The translations under genes and the position numbers were made by a program. Below, piece after piece: positions 43,217 to 51,471 of a stretch of 64,000 nt of DNA. The notes under the pieces are model-generated. The model made no database searches. It worked only from the letters and a program-made list of their open reading frames with translations, and had not been told where the DNA came from. The stretch's first letter is position 1. Each line of letters opens with the position of its first letter. The stretch is from an uncultured Flavobacteriales bacterium (GTDB lineage Bacteria; Pseudomonadota; Alphaproteobacteria; UBA8366; CAVOAK01). Location: positions 278,435 to 342,434 of the forward strand of contig CAYQNO010000019.1 in the NCBI GenBank assembly GCA_964419045.1, read 5' to 3'.

Positions 43217-46200
43217 TCAGCCCTGTGGTGTTAACTCTCCGCCTTCACCGACAATTGTAAAGGGCGCCCAAAATAGTGGGTGCGCATAGGAGAAATATGG
43301 CACTTTGGATTTCGAATCTAAGTAGCCTGCCCGATCGATAAGTTCCAGCATTGACCGCCTAAGCGCATCAGTACGGCTGAGGTTTGGGTTTTGAACCTGC
43401 TCTTTAAACAAAGCGGTGGTCAGTGCCCTCGCAGAGGTAGTTTCAACTGGCCAGTTACTCACAAGAATTGCGCGCGTGCCGGCGAAGAAGAAGGCGCGTC
43501 CTAACCCAGATATGGCTTTGGCGCCCTCGCCTTCGCCGCTAGCCGTATTGCACGCTGACAATACCACCCAGTCTGCATTTAATTTGAGGGTTAACACTTC
43601 ACCCATCGTAAGTAGGCCATCGTTAATTTTATCATCGGTGAACGACGGATCTGAAAAGGCTAGAGCCGGTTGGGTGAGGCCATTCAGATCACCAGGAATT
43701 AAACCATGGGTAGCGAATGCAAGAACCCTATAATCACTCAAGTCTGTGTTCTTCACTATAATTTCACTTGCCTTCTTCCTCAGAAATATATCCTCGGCTG
43801 GGTTGGCACCTAAGGTTGCAGCGATGGATCTAATTTCATCTGCGGTATCGGGAATTCGCGGCAACGAGGAAAGGTTTGCACTTTCTAAATTTTTTGTTTT
43901 TGAAGGAGCGCGCAATTTAATCGGTATCCCACGACTTTTTAGGCTATGTGAAGCAACCGTGATGTTTTTCTTTAAGTCATCGGCTACCGCTTCTGTGGCC
44001 TGTTCTTTGCTGAATAATGGATCACCAAATCCAACAAAAGGCTTTTGTGCCATAGTCCTTACAGCCGAACCACGTAACGTGTTTAGTGAGGTTACTGATG
44101 GCAAGTTGGTTATAGCATGACTGCGTACCAACCATGGAATGTCTCTATAGTTGCTAAACAGTAAACCGTTGTTGGACGGGAGTTCGACATCGTTAGTAGT
44201 CAAAACTGAAAACGGGAGGTAGCTGAGTGGTCCGTCCGCAACGACAAGAAGTCTTTTGGCATTTTTCCAACCATTCTTGACTGGTTCCAAGAGTTGTTCG
44301 AAAATTTTGTAAGAGGCAACTACATCGAATTCCGGAATTTTTCCAAGTGTTTCAGCATCAGTATCCAAAGCTAAACGCAGAGTGTTTACCCTACTGGTAA
44401 GTGCTTCCTCGCCAATGTTGGCAATCGTGAACGCTACGTCACCTTCGAAAGGAATAGCCCATATGTAGGTTTGATCTTTGGCGACATGGGTAGCAATCAA
44501 AGCTTCCCCTGCACGCAATACTCGGCGAAGTTTAGAAAAATTCAGAGAACTCGGCGCCACCACATTTTTATATTTTGGAAACTTATTGCTAATTTGCTGT
44601 TGGGTTGACACAATTTCTTGCTCTCTCTCGACTACAAACGCTTGCAGACTCGCTATCAGGTAGTTGTTACGTTCATCAATAGGCAGGCTGAAATTGTAAC
44701 TAATAGCTTTGAGAACAGCCTCTCGTTTGACCTGCAAATCCTGCAGTGTTCTAATTAGGCGCCCTAAATTGGTATTTTTTCCTATTGATCGGGCGCTTGA
44801 GGCAGCCAGAGCCTTGTCGGTTGCCGAACCGCTTAAAGCTTGAGCAACGAGGAACGACTCTTCGATTCTGGAAATTTTCCCAAGTTGATCCTGGTCGATT
44901 CTTTGAAGTAAGCGCAGATAACTCTCGCTTATCATTCTCCATCCTTTTGCTTCAGCGCGATTCTCAAATCCAGCTAAATTCAGCTTTGAACCTGTACCTG
45001 TCAAAATGTGTCTGATGGCAAGAAATTTAATAAGAGCCTCGTTATCACGCCCCATATCTTCAAGAATAGTGGCTTGAATACCAACCGTCATGAGAGTGTG
45101 GAGGTGATTTGGTCCTATTTTTTTTGTAAAATTAACCAATGTTTTGTCGGCTTTAGCTAATGCTTCTTCATATTTTTTTTCTTTAAAGGATAACAAAACC
45201 AGAAACAACGCCGCCCCAGGTTCGGCCCTTAACAAGGGAGAATCGATCGATCCAAAATGCTTATTAATGATATTTGCTTGTTCTATGGCCGCTGGCCATC
45301 TGTCTTCCATAATGGCAGATGTCATGAGGATATAGCGCAAGGATATTACAGGTAAGGTTCTGTCATCTAATGGGGCAGCTTCTGAAAAAATTTTCAAAGC
45401 CGCTTCAGCTAGGCTTATCGCCTCTTCGGTTCTACCAGTCGATATTAGAACGAGACCTAGGTTATAGATAAAATAGGCTGTACTTGGATAACTACTTCCA
45501 CCGTATTCGAGGATCTCCCCGAGCGCTTTTCTTGCGTGAGCCTCAGCCTCTGCCATTTTTCCTTGAAAATACAGTACCTCACTCAGGTGACGTCGATAAA
45601 ATGCGATATCATCAAGGCGGTCGTATTCCTCAGCGAGGGTAATCGCTTTTATAAATAACTGCTCAGCTTTTTTGTATTCACCTCTTGATTGTGCTAATCG
45701 GCCTTCGGTTTTTAGAATTAATCCCTCTTCCGATTTTAACCACCTCAATTCCCTATAAGTTTGACCCTCGTGTATTGACCAGGCATGCTTTGCCTTTTGG
45801 ATATATAATTCTGATTCACTATAGTTGCCCATCCAACCGGCAAAATATGCGTACGCTGAATACCGGTATAGCTCGTGACTCCATGCCGCAGAGGTAGACC
45901 TTGAACTGGGTACTGCTTCGAGTGCTTTGAGAAAAGTTTTACCAGCTTTTTCAAACTCGCCAAATCCCTCGTATGACCAACCCAATCTAAACAATAATTC
46001 GGTAAGGCTAACGGACTTTCTTTCAGTACCCAGATACTTCAAAAGATGTTTAAGGGCCAATTCATAATCAGCAATTTTTTGACCAATTCGACCCATAATT
46101 CCAGCAGCTTCGCCACGGCTTACATAAAACCTATAAAGAGTTTCATCAAAACTTATTGCTGTATCAGGACTCTCGTCGGAATCTTGGGAAACTTCCGATT

Positions 46201-46495
46201 CGTTATCTAAGATAGGCGGATTTTCGTCAGCGCGGCGTTTAACATATTTTGTTTTTAGTGGCGACTTTGATTTGTAAAGGAGGCGGATTATGTCATCAGA
46301 TTTTCGTGGGGGTGGGGTGAATTTTCCACTCTCATAAGACAACGCAATTGAAGTTTCAATGTCCCTGATATTTCTTTGAGCTGAATCCGGTGTAACTGGC
46401 GTGGTTTGACACGCGGACACAAGGATTGCCGTGGACAATAAGCCGACGGTAAAAATTATTTTCGAACGGTTTAAAGGCATAGGGCTCACCAACAT
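43217..46495 (-). CDS. TPR-repeat / CHAT-domain (caspase-like protease) lipoprotein
   Basis: Lipobox LVSAC near the N-terminus. A long TPR-like helical-repeat middle region. C-terminal CHAT signature with the His context RVLAFATHGL and the Cys context WVVLSACNTASGEG. Confidence 0.85.
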   Translation of the reverse strand: MLVSPMPLNRSKIIFTVGLLSTAILVSACQTTPVTPDSAQRNIRDIETSIALSYESGKFTPPPRKSDDIIRLLYKSKSPLKTKYVKRRADENPPILDNESEVSQDSDESPDTAISFDETLYRFYVSRGEAAGIMGRIGQKIADYELALKHLLKYLGTERKSVSLTELLFRLGWSYEGFGEFEKAGKTFLKALEAVPSSRSTSAAWSHELYRYSAYAYFAGWMGNYSESELYIQKAKHAWSIHEGQTYRELRWLKSEEGLILKTEGRLAQSRGEYKKAEQLFIKAITLAEEYDRLDDIAFYRRHLSEVLYFQGKMAEAEAHARKALGEILEYGGSSYPSTAYFIYNLGLVLISTGRTEEAISLAEAALKIFSEAAPLDDRTLPVISLRYILMTSAIMEDRWPAAIEQANIINKHFGSIDSPLLRAEPGAALFLVLLSFKEKKYEEALAKADKTLVNFTKKIGPNHLHTLMTVGIQATILEDMGRDNEALIKFLAIRHILTGTGSKLNLAGFENRAEAKGWRMISESYLRLLQRIDQDQLGKISRIEESFLVAQALSGSATDKALAASSARSIGKNTNLGRLIRTLQDLQVKREAVLKAISYNFSLPIDERNNYLIASLQAFVVEREQEIVSTQQQISNKFPKYKNVVAPSSLNFSKLRRVLRAGEALIATHVAKDQTYIWAIPFEGDVAFTIANIGEEALTSRVNTLRLALDTDAETLGKIPEFDVVASYKIFEQLLEPVKNGWKNAKRLLVVADGPLSYLPFSVLTTNDVELPSNNGLLFSNYRDIPWLVRSHAITNLPSVTSLNTLRGSAVRTMAQKPFVGFGDPLFSKEQATEAVADDLKKNITVASHSLKSRGIPIKLRAPSKTKNLESANLSSLPRIPDTADEIRSIAATLGANPAEDIFLRKKASEIIVKNTDLSDYRVLAFATHGLIPGDLNGLTQPALAFSDPSFTDDKINDGLLTMGEVLTLKLNADWVVLSACNTASGEGEGAKAISGLGRAFFFAGTRAILVSNWPVETTSARALTTALFKEQVQNPNLSRTDALRRSMLELIDRAGYLDSKSKVPYFSYAHPLFWAPFTIVGEGGELTPQG

Positions 46496-46524
46496 GGCCT
46501 TATAGAATTAATTGCAAATTGTTC

Positions 46525-46950
46525 CTAGTCAATGATGGCGACTGCATTGATTTCAACGAGGCACCGAGGGTCAGTCGCAGGCTGGACCACTTGTGCCGTG
46601 GTTGTTGTTGGTTTGTTATCGCCCAAATTTTCAGCCCAGACTCGGTCCAACGAATCTTGGTCGCTCAGGTCAGTGACGAATCGATTCGCGGTGACAATGT
46701 CTGCAAAGGTTGTGCCTACCGAGTTCAGTCCTATTTCCATTTGCTCTAGTGCAGCACGGGTTTGTCCCTCCATGTTTGTTGGCGTTTGATCAAACTCTTC
46801 GGGACGATGGTGATGGTGATGGTACAATGGGGCCGCGGTGACACCTGATAGGTATACCGTTGTTCCGCCGGTTACCCTGATCGCTGGTGCATATGGCATC
46901 CACATATCTGGCGAATTCGGCCAATGAATATGTTCTTCAATTTTTGTCAT
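46525..46950 (-). CDS. RidA/YjgF/L-PSP family protein with a His-rich insertion
   Basis: ...TVYLSGVTA...RFVTDLSDQDSLDRVWAENL...CLVEINAVAI follows the RidA pattern. There is an extra loop PLYHHHHHRPEEF. Confidence 0.78.
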   Translation of the reverse strand: MTKIEEHIHWPNSPDMWMPYAPAIRVTGGTTVYLSGVTAAPLYHHHHHRPEEFDQTPTNMEGQTRAALEQMEIGLNSVGTTFADIVTANRFVTDLSDQDSLDRVWAENLGDNKPTTTTAQVVQPATDPRCLVEINAVAIID

Positions 46951-47135
46951 TACGGCCCCTAAGTTTATAAGTTATGTAAATTTGTATACTGCCCGTATCT
47001 CAATTATATCGGGCTGTAACATTACGTTCTATTACATACGCTGTTGCATGATGCGCATGAGTTTTGCTATTTGACAGGTATATATTCCCGTTTTGTCGCT
47101 ATTAGGCGATTCTATATTTAGCGTGGAGAGTTTTG

Positions 47136-48377
47136 ATGGCTAATTTTGGTATGGTTGGCGTTGATTGGCAGCAACGCATTAATTGGGATCGCTTACGCAC
47201 CTATCGGTTGGAGCGCGCGCGCGAGAAGATGAAGGAACATGGGCTTGGCGCAATGCTTTGCATGTATGACGAGAATGTTCGCTACATTACGAGTACCCTT
47301 ACGCCAGGCTGGAACCGGCTCAAACCAGGTCTTCGTTATGCGCTCCTGTGTGGTGATGGGGCACCGGTTTTGTTTGAACAGGGTGACATTGGGTTTCAGA
47401 TTCAGCGCCACGCACCGTGGATTCCGGAGGAGAATGTCCGTTACTCATACGCATGGATCAAAGGTGCTGCCGGCGGCGCTTCCCAGCAGCAGGTTAAAAA
47501 ATTTACTAATGCGATAGTAGAAGAGATGAAGCGTTTTGGCGTGGCTGGCGAGAAGTTGGGCATCGACTTTGTCGACATTAACATGCTCCAGGCTTTCGAG
47601 GCCGCCGGAATTACGTGGTCGGACGGTATGACACCGATGATGGAGGCGCGGGCAATCAAGAATGTTGATGAGCAGGAATGTATGCGCATCATCGGCGCTA
47701 TCGGCGATGCCGCGCATTGGGAAACCATGAAGTTCCTAAAGCCCGGCATTACCGAGAATCAGGTTACCGCCCACATTATGGAGTTTTTGTATTCGATCCC
47801 TGGCATGGAAGATGTCGAAGACGTAATCGTCTCTTCGGGTCCAAACACTTGGCCCAACTGGCGTAATTTTTCAGACCGTATTATCAAACCAGGCGAGATC
47901 GTATTTATGGATTTAGCTGCCCTTACCTGGAATGGCTATAAATCTTGTTATTATCGAACCTATTGTGTCGGCAAGGAACCGACACAGGAAATGAAGGACT
48001 ATTACGCGACGGCACTCGAATGGCTTTACGACTCTATCAACGCTGTAAAGGTTGGCGCAACTACCCGCGATATTGCCTCTAAGTGGCCTTCGGCCAAGGA
48101 GGCGTGGGGGTACGAGGAAGAGGACCAGGCCGCGGCGAACCTGTGGGGTCACGGTCTTGGCCTAGCACAGTATGACCCACCGGTAATTTCACGTATCTGG
48201 TCACTTGACCATCCGGTCGAAATTCATCCTGGAATGGTGTTTGCGCTTGAGACACAGCATGGCAAACGTTTTGAATGGGGCGTACGTATAGAAGAAATGC
48301 TAATTGTCCATGACAATGAAGTGGAGATTATATCGAACTTCCCGGTTGAGAAGATAACTGTCGTTGATCCAATTTGA
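47136..48377 (+). CDS. M24-family (creatinase/Xaa-Pro peptidase/DddP-like fold) hydrolase; substrate unknown
   Basis: GGAGAG SD then the ATG at 47136. Has a creatinase_N-like N-terminal half and a pita-bread C-terminal half (GHGLGL, FALETQ, VRIEEM). Confidence 0.8.
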   Translation: MANFGMVGVDWQQRINWDRLRTYRLERAREKMKEHGLGAMLCMYDENVRYITSTLTPGWNRLKPGLRYALLCGDGAPVLFEQGDIGFQIQRHAPWIPEENVRYSYAWIKGAAGGASQQQVKKFTNAIVEEMKRFGVAGEKLGIDFVDINMLQAFEAAGITWSDGMTPMMEARAIKNVDEQECMRIIGAIGDAAHWETMKFLKPGITENQVTAHIMEFLYSIPGMEDVEDVIVSSGPNTWPNWRNFSDRIIKPGEIVFMDLAALTWNGYKSCYYRTYCVGKEPTQEMKDYYATALEWLYDSINAVKVGATTRDIASKWPSAKEAWGYEEEDQAAANLWGHGLGLAQYDPPVISRIWSLDHPVEIHPGMVFALETQHGKRFEWGVRIEEMLIVHDNEVEIISNFPVEKITVVDPI

Positions 48378-48436
48378 TTTGGGTTTCAATGCGGATATTA
48401 GGTGTTGCAGTTATAGATAAATAAAGGAGGAAGTTT

Positions 48437-49723
48437 TTGACACGGCTCACCGTCCCTCTCAGTGATCTTTTGGCGGCAGATGCGGCACAGTTTGGGCCGA
48501 AGGCTGCGAATCAGGCGTCTCTAGGTCACGCGGGTTTGCCAATACCTGACGGATTTTGTCTCGGTGCTGAGGCCTACCGGCTCCAACTGTCAGCACTTGG
48601 CCTGAAAGAAACCGCGCAGGAGGCGAAGTCGGCTGAAACGTCTACTGCCAGGCGTCTTGTCGCTGAGGTTCGCCTCGCATTGTTCGAAAAACCTATTGTG
48701 GCATGTGTGCGTGAACCACTTTTGGAAGCGTGGAGAAATCTCACCGCTAATTCTGGTATGTTAACTGTCGTGCGATCTTCTGCCCTTATTGAAGATGGAG
48801 AAAACTCTAGCTTTGCTGGCCAGTTTGAGAGTTTTCTTGGTCTGGAAGGCGAAGCTGATTTTCTTACTGCCGTGAGCGCCTGCTGGGGTGCTTTATGGTC
48901 GACCAGGGCGCTCCGATATATGGAGAGCCATGGTGCTCATCCGGCCGACACGGCAATGGGAGTACTGGTCCAACCATTGGTGGATGCGACAGCGTCGGGC
49001 GGAGGACTGAGCCTCACAGCTGATGGCGGGATGGTCGTTAGTGCAACCTGGGGTCTAGGTACTGCTCTCGCACAGGGTGAGGTGGTTCCAGACCGGTTTG
49101 AACTGACACGAGATGGCCAGATAAAGGAAATTCATACGGGCCGCAAGGATCACCGTGTTGGCTGCGTACATATTGGCGAAGAGCCGACTACGGAGGCAGT
49201 TAGAAAAGAGTTGGTCTCAAAGCGTTGCCTCGACGACGAGAAGTTAACCGAACTTGGCACAATGCTTAGGGAGTCGGAAACTTTGTTGGGACAGCCCGTT
49301 GAAATTGAGTGGGCCCTGGATGATTCCGGTATCAAGCTTCTCCAGGCACGACCGTTGCATATGGAGCCCGCGACTGTACCAGATGAAATCTGGCTGCGTC
49401 ATCCTGGCCTCAAAGGTCATCCGGCCGGGGTCGGTTGGGGTGCCGGGCCAGCCTGTGTTATTAATTGCGAATGCCAACTCAACAGCGTGGCACCGGGCGA
49501 CGTTTTGGTGACAACGGTAGCTGGGCCAGCCTTGAGCCAGGTACTGCCGCGTGTAGCGGGCGTAGTAGCTGAACTTGGAGGTAGCACGTCACACCTTGCC
49601 TCACTTGCACGCGAACGCGGAATACCTATGGTTTTAGGTGTGCTCGACGCGACAAATAAAATTCCGGATGGCCGTCAAGTGGCTGTTGACGGCGTCTCAG
49701 GTGTTGTGCGCTGGTTGCGTTGA
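48437..49723 (+). CDS. PEP-synthase/PPDK-like two-domain protein (ATP-grasp nucleotide-binding domain plus swivelling phosphohistidine domain)
   Basis: AAGGAGG at 48424-48430 precedes a TTG start. PPDK_N-like motifs are present (VRSSALIEDGENSSFAGQFESFLGL; VSATWGLGTALAQGEVVPD). The C-terminal PEP-utilizers motif GGSTSHLASLARERGIPMV is present. There is no third (PEP/pyruvate or substrate-binding) domain. Confidence 0.82.
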   Translation: MTRLTVPLSDLLAADAAQFGPKAANQASLGHAGLPIPDGFCLGAEAYRLQLSALGLKETAQEAKSAETSTARRLVAEVRLALFEKPIVACVREPLLEAWRNLTANSGMLTVVRSSALIEDGENSSFAGQFESFLGLEGEADFLTAVSACWGALWSTRALRYMESHGAHPADTAMGVLVQPLVDATASGGGLSLTADGGMVVSATWGLGTALAQGEVVPDRFELTRDGQIKEIHTGRKDHRVGCVHIGEEPTTEAVRKELVSKRCLDDEKLTELGTMLRESETLLGQPVEIEWALDDSGIKLLQARPLHMEPATVPDEIWLRHPGLKGHPAGVGWGAGPACVINCECQLNSVAPGDVLVTTVAGPALSQVLPRVAGVVAELGGSTSHLASLARERGIPMVLGVLDATNKIPDGRQVAVDGVSGVVRWLR

Positions 49724-49761
49724 TCCGCAGTTATACGTGGGATTCGCTATTGGAGTTGGTG

Positions 49762-51471
49762 CTAAGTTGAAGTAGCCTCAACGGGATCCGCGTAAAAGTT
49801 AATCTCACCTGTTGATGCTTTCTCAAGGCGTGTCACAACCCGCCAGGTCTCGTCGTCAACTTCAGGGAAGTCCAGTCTATAATGCGCTCCTCGGCTTTCT
49901 TTGCGGTATAAAGCAACAGTCGCAAGTAGGGTACCAAGTAGGGCCAGATTTCGGACTGATAGCGCACTTTCTATCTCTAGACTTCGGGTCCTTGCAGAAG
50001 TTTGTGCTTCTGAAGCGATGCGCATGTGTGGAACGTCCTCTATTGCAATACGTTTGTATTCGCTAAGTGCGCTGTTGCTTCGATCTGCGTTTCTAATTGC
50101 ACCTAGATTTTCATGAGCTACTTTGTGGCAATGCTTTCGAATGTCAGCCTGGAACAGACCGCTGTCTCGAAGGAGTAACCCTCGCAACCAGTCGCGTTCC
50201 TCACTCGGAATTGCGATCTGAATGTTTTGATTTGTTGAGGGGAATTCTTTTGCTACCGCAGCGGCAGACCGGCCTGCGCGGCGCCCGAAAACAAGTGCCG
50301 CCGACAATGCGGATCCACCAATCCGATTCCCACCATGGATACCTCCGGCTGTCTCTCCCGCAGCCCATAGGCCTGGGACGGGAGTGCGACCGTCTGTATC
50401 AATTTTCAATCCACCGAGCCAGGTGTGGCTGCCTGGAGCTACCTCTAGCGGTGTTGACCTAATGTCAATACCACGATGTAGGCACGTTTTGAAGACGTGG
50501 GGAATTTGTTCCTGAATAACGTCTTCCGGGACGTTAGTCGCGTCCATAAAAATTCCCCCGGTAGCACTTGCCCGTCCTGCATGAATTTCCTTTGCCATGG
50601 CAAGGATGACTTCACTTCTTGTGCTTTTTTCGGCCGTTTTTGGAAAGTATCGTTTGAGAAATTCTTCACCTTCCTGATTACGGAACACGGCACCGGCATT
50701 GATAAACCCAGTTGGATGGGGTGCAAAACCAAAGAGTTCCTTTGGTGAACAGCACATAGCCTGAAAATCAATCATCTCCAGGCCAATTACCGGAACTCCA
50801 GCTCTGTAACCGAGTACGTAGCCGTCTCCGGTTATTTGTGAGGGGTTATCGTTAACGTAAAAGAGACCACTTCCGCCGCCGGAACACAGAATCACGTGTC
50901 GTGCCGCATAACTGACTAGGTTATTACCTGCATAGTCGATGCCCCAGGCTCCTGAGACCTCCCCCTCATGAATAACAAGATCAATAATCGAGGTCATGGA
51001 ATGTCTCAATATGTGATCGTTTGAACGTAACTTTCGGGAAAGTGTCTTGGTGAGCGCGTTGCCAGTAGTGTCATAGTGATGGACCGCGCGCGGATAGCTA
51101 TGGTTCGGAAACTGTTTGAGGTCTAGCAGGCCTTTGTCGTTGGTAACGAATTCAGCACCCCATTCGCGCAGGTCCGTGACCACATCTATGATGTCGTGGA
51201 CCCAGACACTGGCTAGTACTGGGTCGATAAGCTCTCCCCCATGCTCTAATATTTCCTTGAGGTGACTTTCTGGGCTATCGCCTTCCCCTAAGGCTGCGGC
51301 GAACCCACCCCTAGCTACCGTCGTCGTGCCGCTTGTGGCTTTCCCTTTAGTTACTTGAATTACGCCCACGCCCGCCGCCGCACACTCAAAGGCCGCCATA
51401 GTGCCTGCCGCGCCGCCACCAATTATTAAGACATCGGTTTGGAAGTGGCGTTCGGGTACTTCATGTTTCAT
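49762..51471 (-). CDS. SdhA/FrdA/NadB-like FAD-dependent oxidoreductase (flavoprotein subunit type), stand-alone
   Basis: DVLIIGGGAAGTMAA dinucleotide fold, a FAD_binding_2-like body and the C-terminal ESRGAHYRLDFPE motif. There is no adjacent iron-sulfur subunit gene. Confidence 0.85.
   Translation of the reverse strand: MKHEVPERHFQTDVLIIGGGAAGTMAAFECAAAGVGVIQVTKGKATSGTTTVARGGFAAALGEGDSPESHLKEILEHGGELIDPVLASVWVHDIIDVVTDLREWGAEFVTNDKGLLDLKQFPNHSYPRAVHHYDTTGNALTKTLSRKLRSNDHILRHSMTSIIDLVIHEGEVSGAWGIDYAGNNLVSYAARHVILCSGGGSGLFYVNDNPSQITGDGYVLGYRAGVPVIGLEMIDFQAMCCSPKELFGFAPHPTGFINAGAVFRNQEGEEFLKRYFPKTAEKSTRSEVILAMAKEIHAGRASATGGIFMDATNVPEDVIQEQIPHVFKTCLHRGIDIRSTPLEVAPGSHTWLGGLKIDTDGRTPVPGLWAAGETAGGIHGGNRIGGSALSAALVFGRRAGRSAAAVAKEFPSTNQNIQIAIPSEERDWLRGLLLRDSGLFQADIRKHCHKVAHENLGAIRNADRSNSALSEYKRIAIEDVPHMRIASEAQTSARTRSLEIESALSVRNLALLGTLLATVALYRKESRGAHYRLDFPEVDDETWRVVTRLEKASTGEINFYADPVEATST

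Noticed and set aside
47136-48377. Calling the M24-like gene dddP (DMSP lyase).
   Set aside because: The overall layout resembles DddP as I remember it. However, the Asp residues of the FDTD...TD metal site are not conserved in a by-eye alignment, and the protein is shorter. There is not enough evidence for a functional name.
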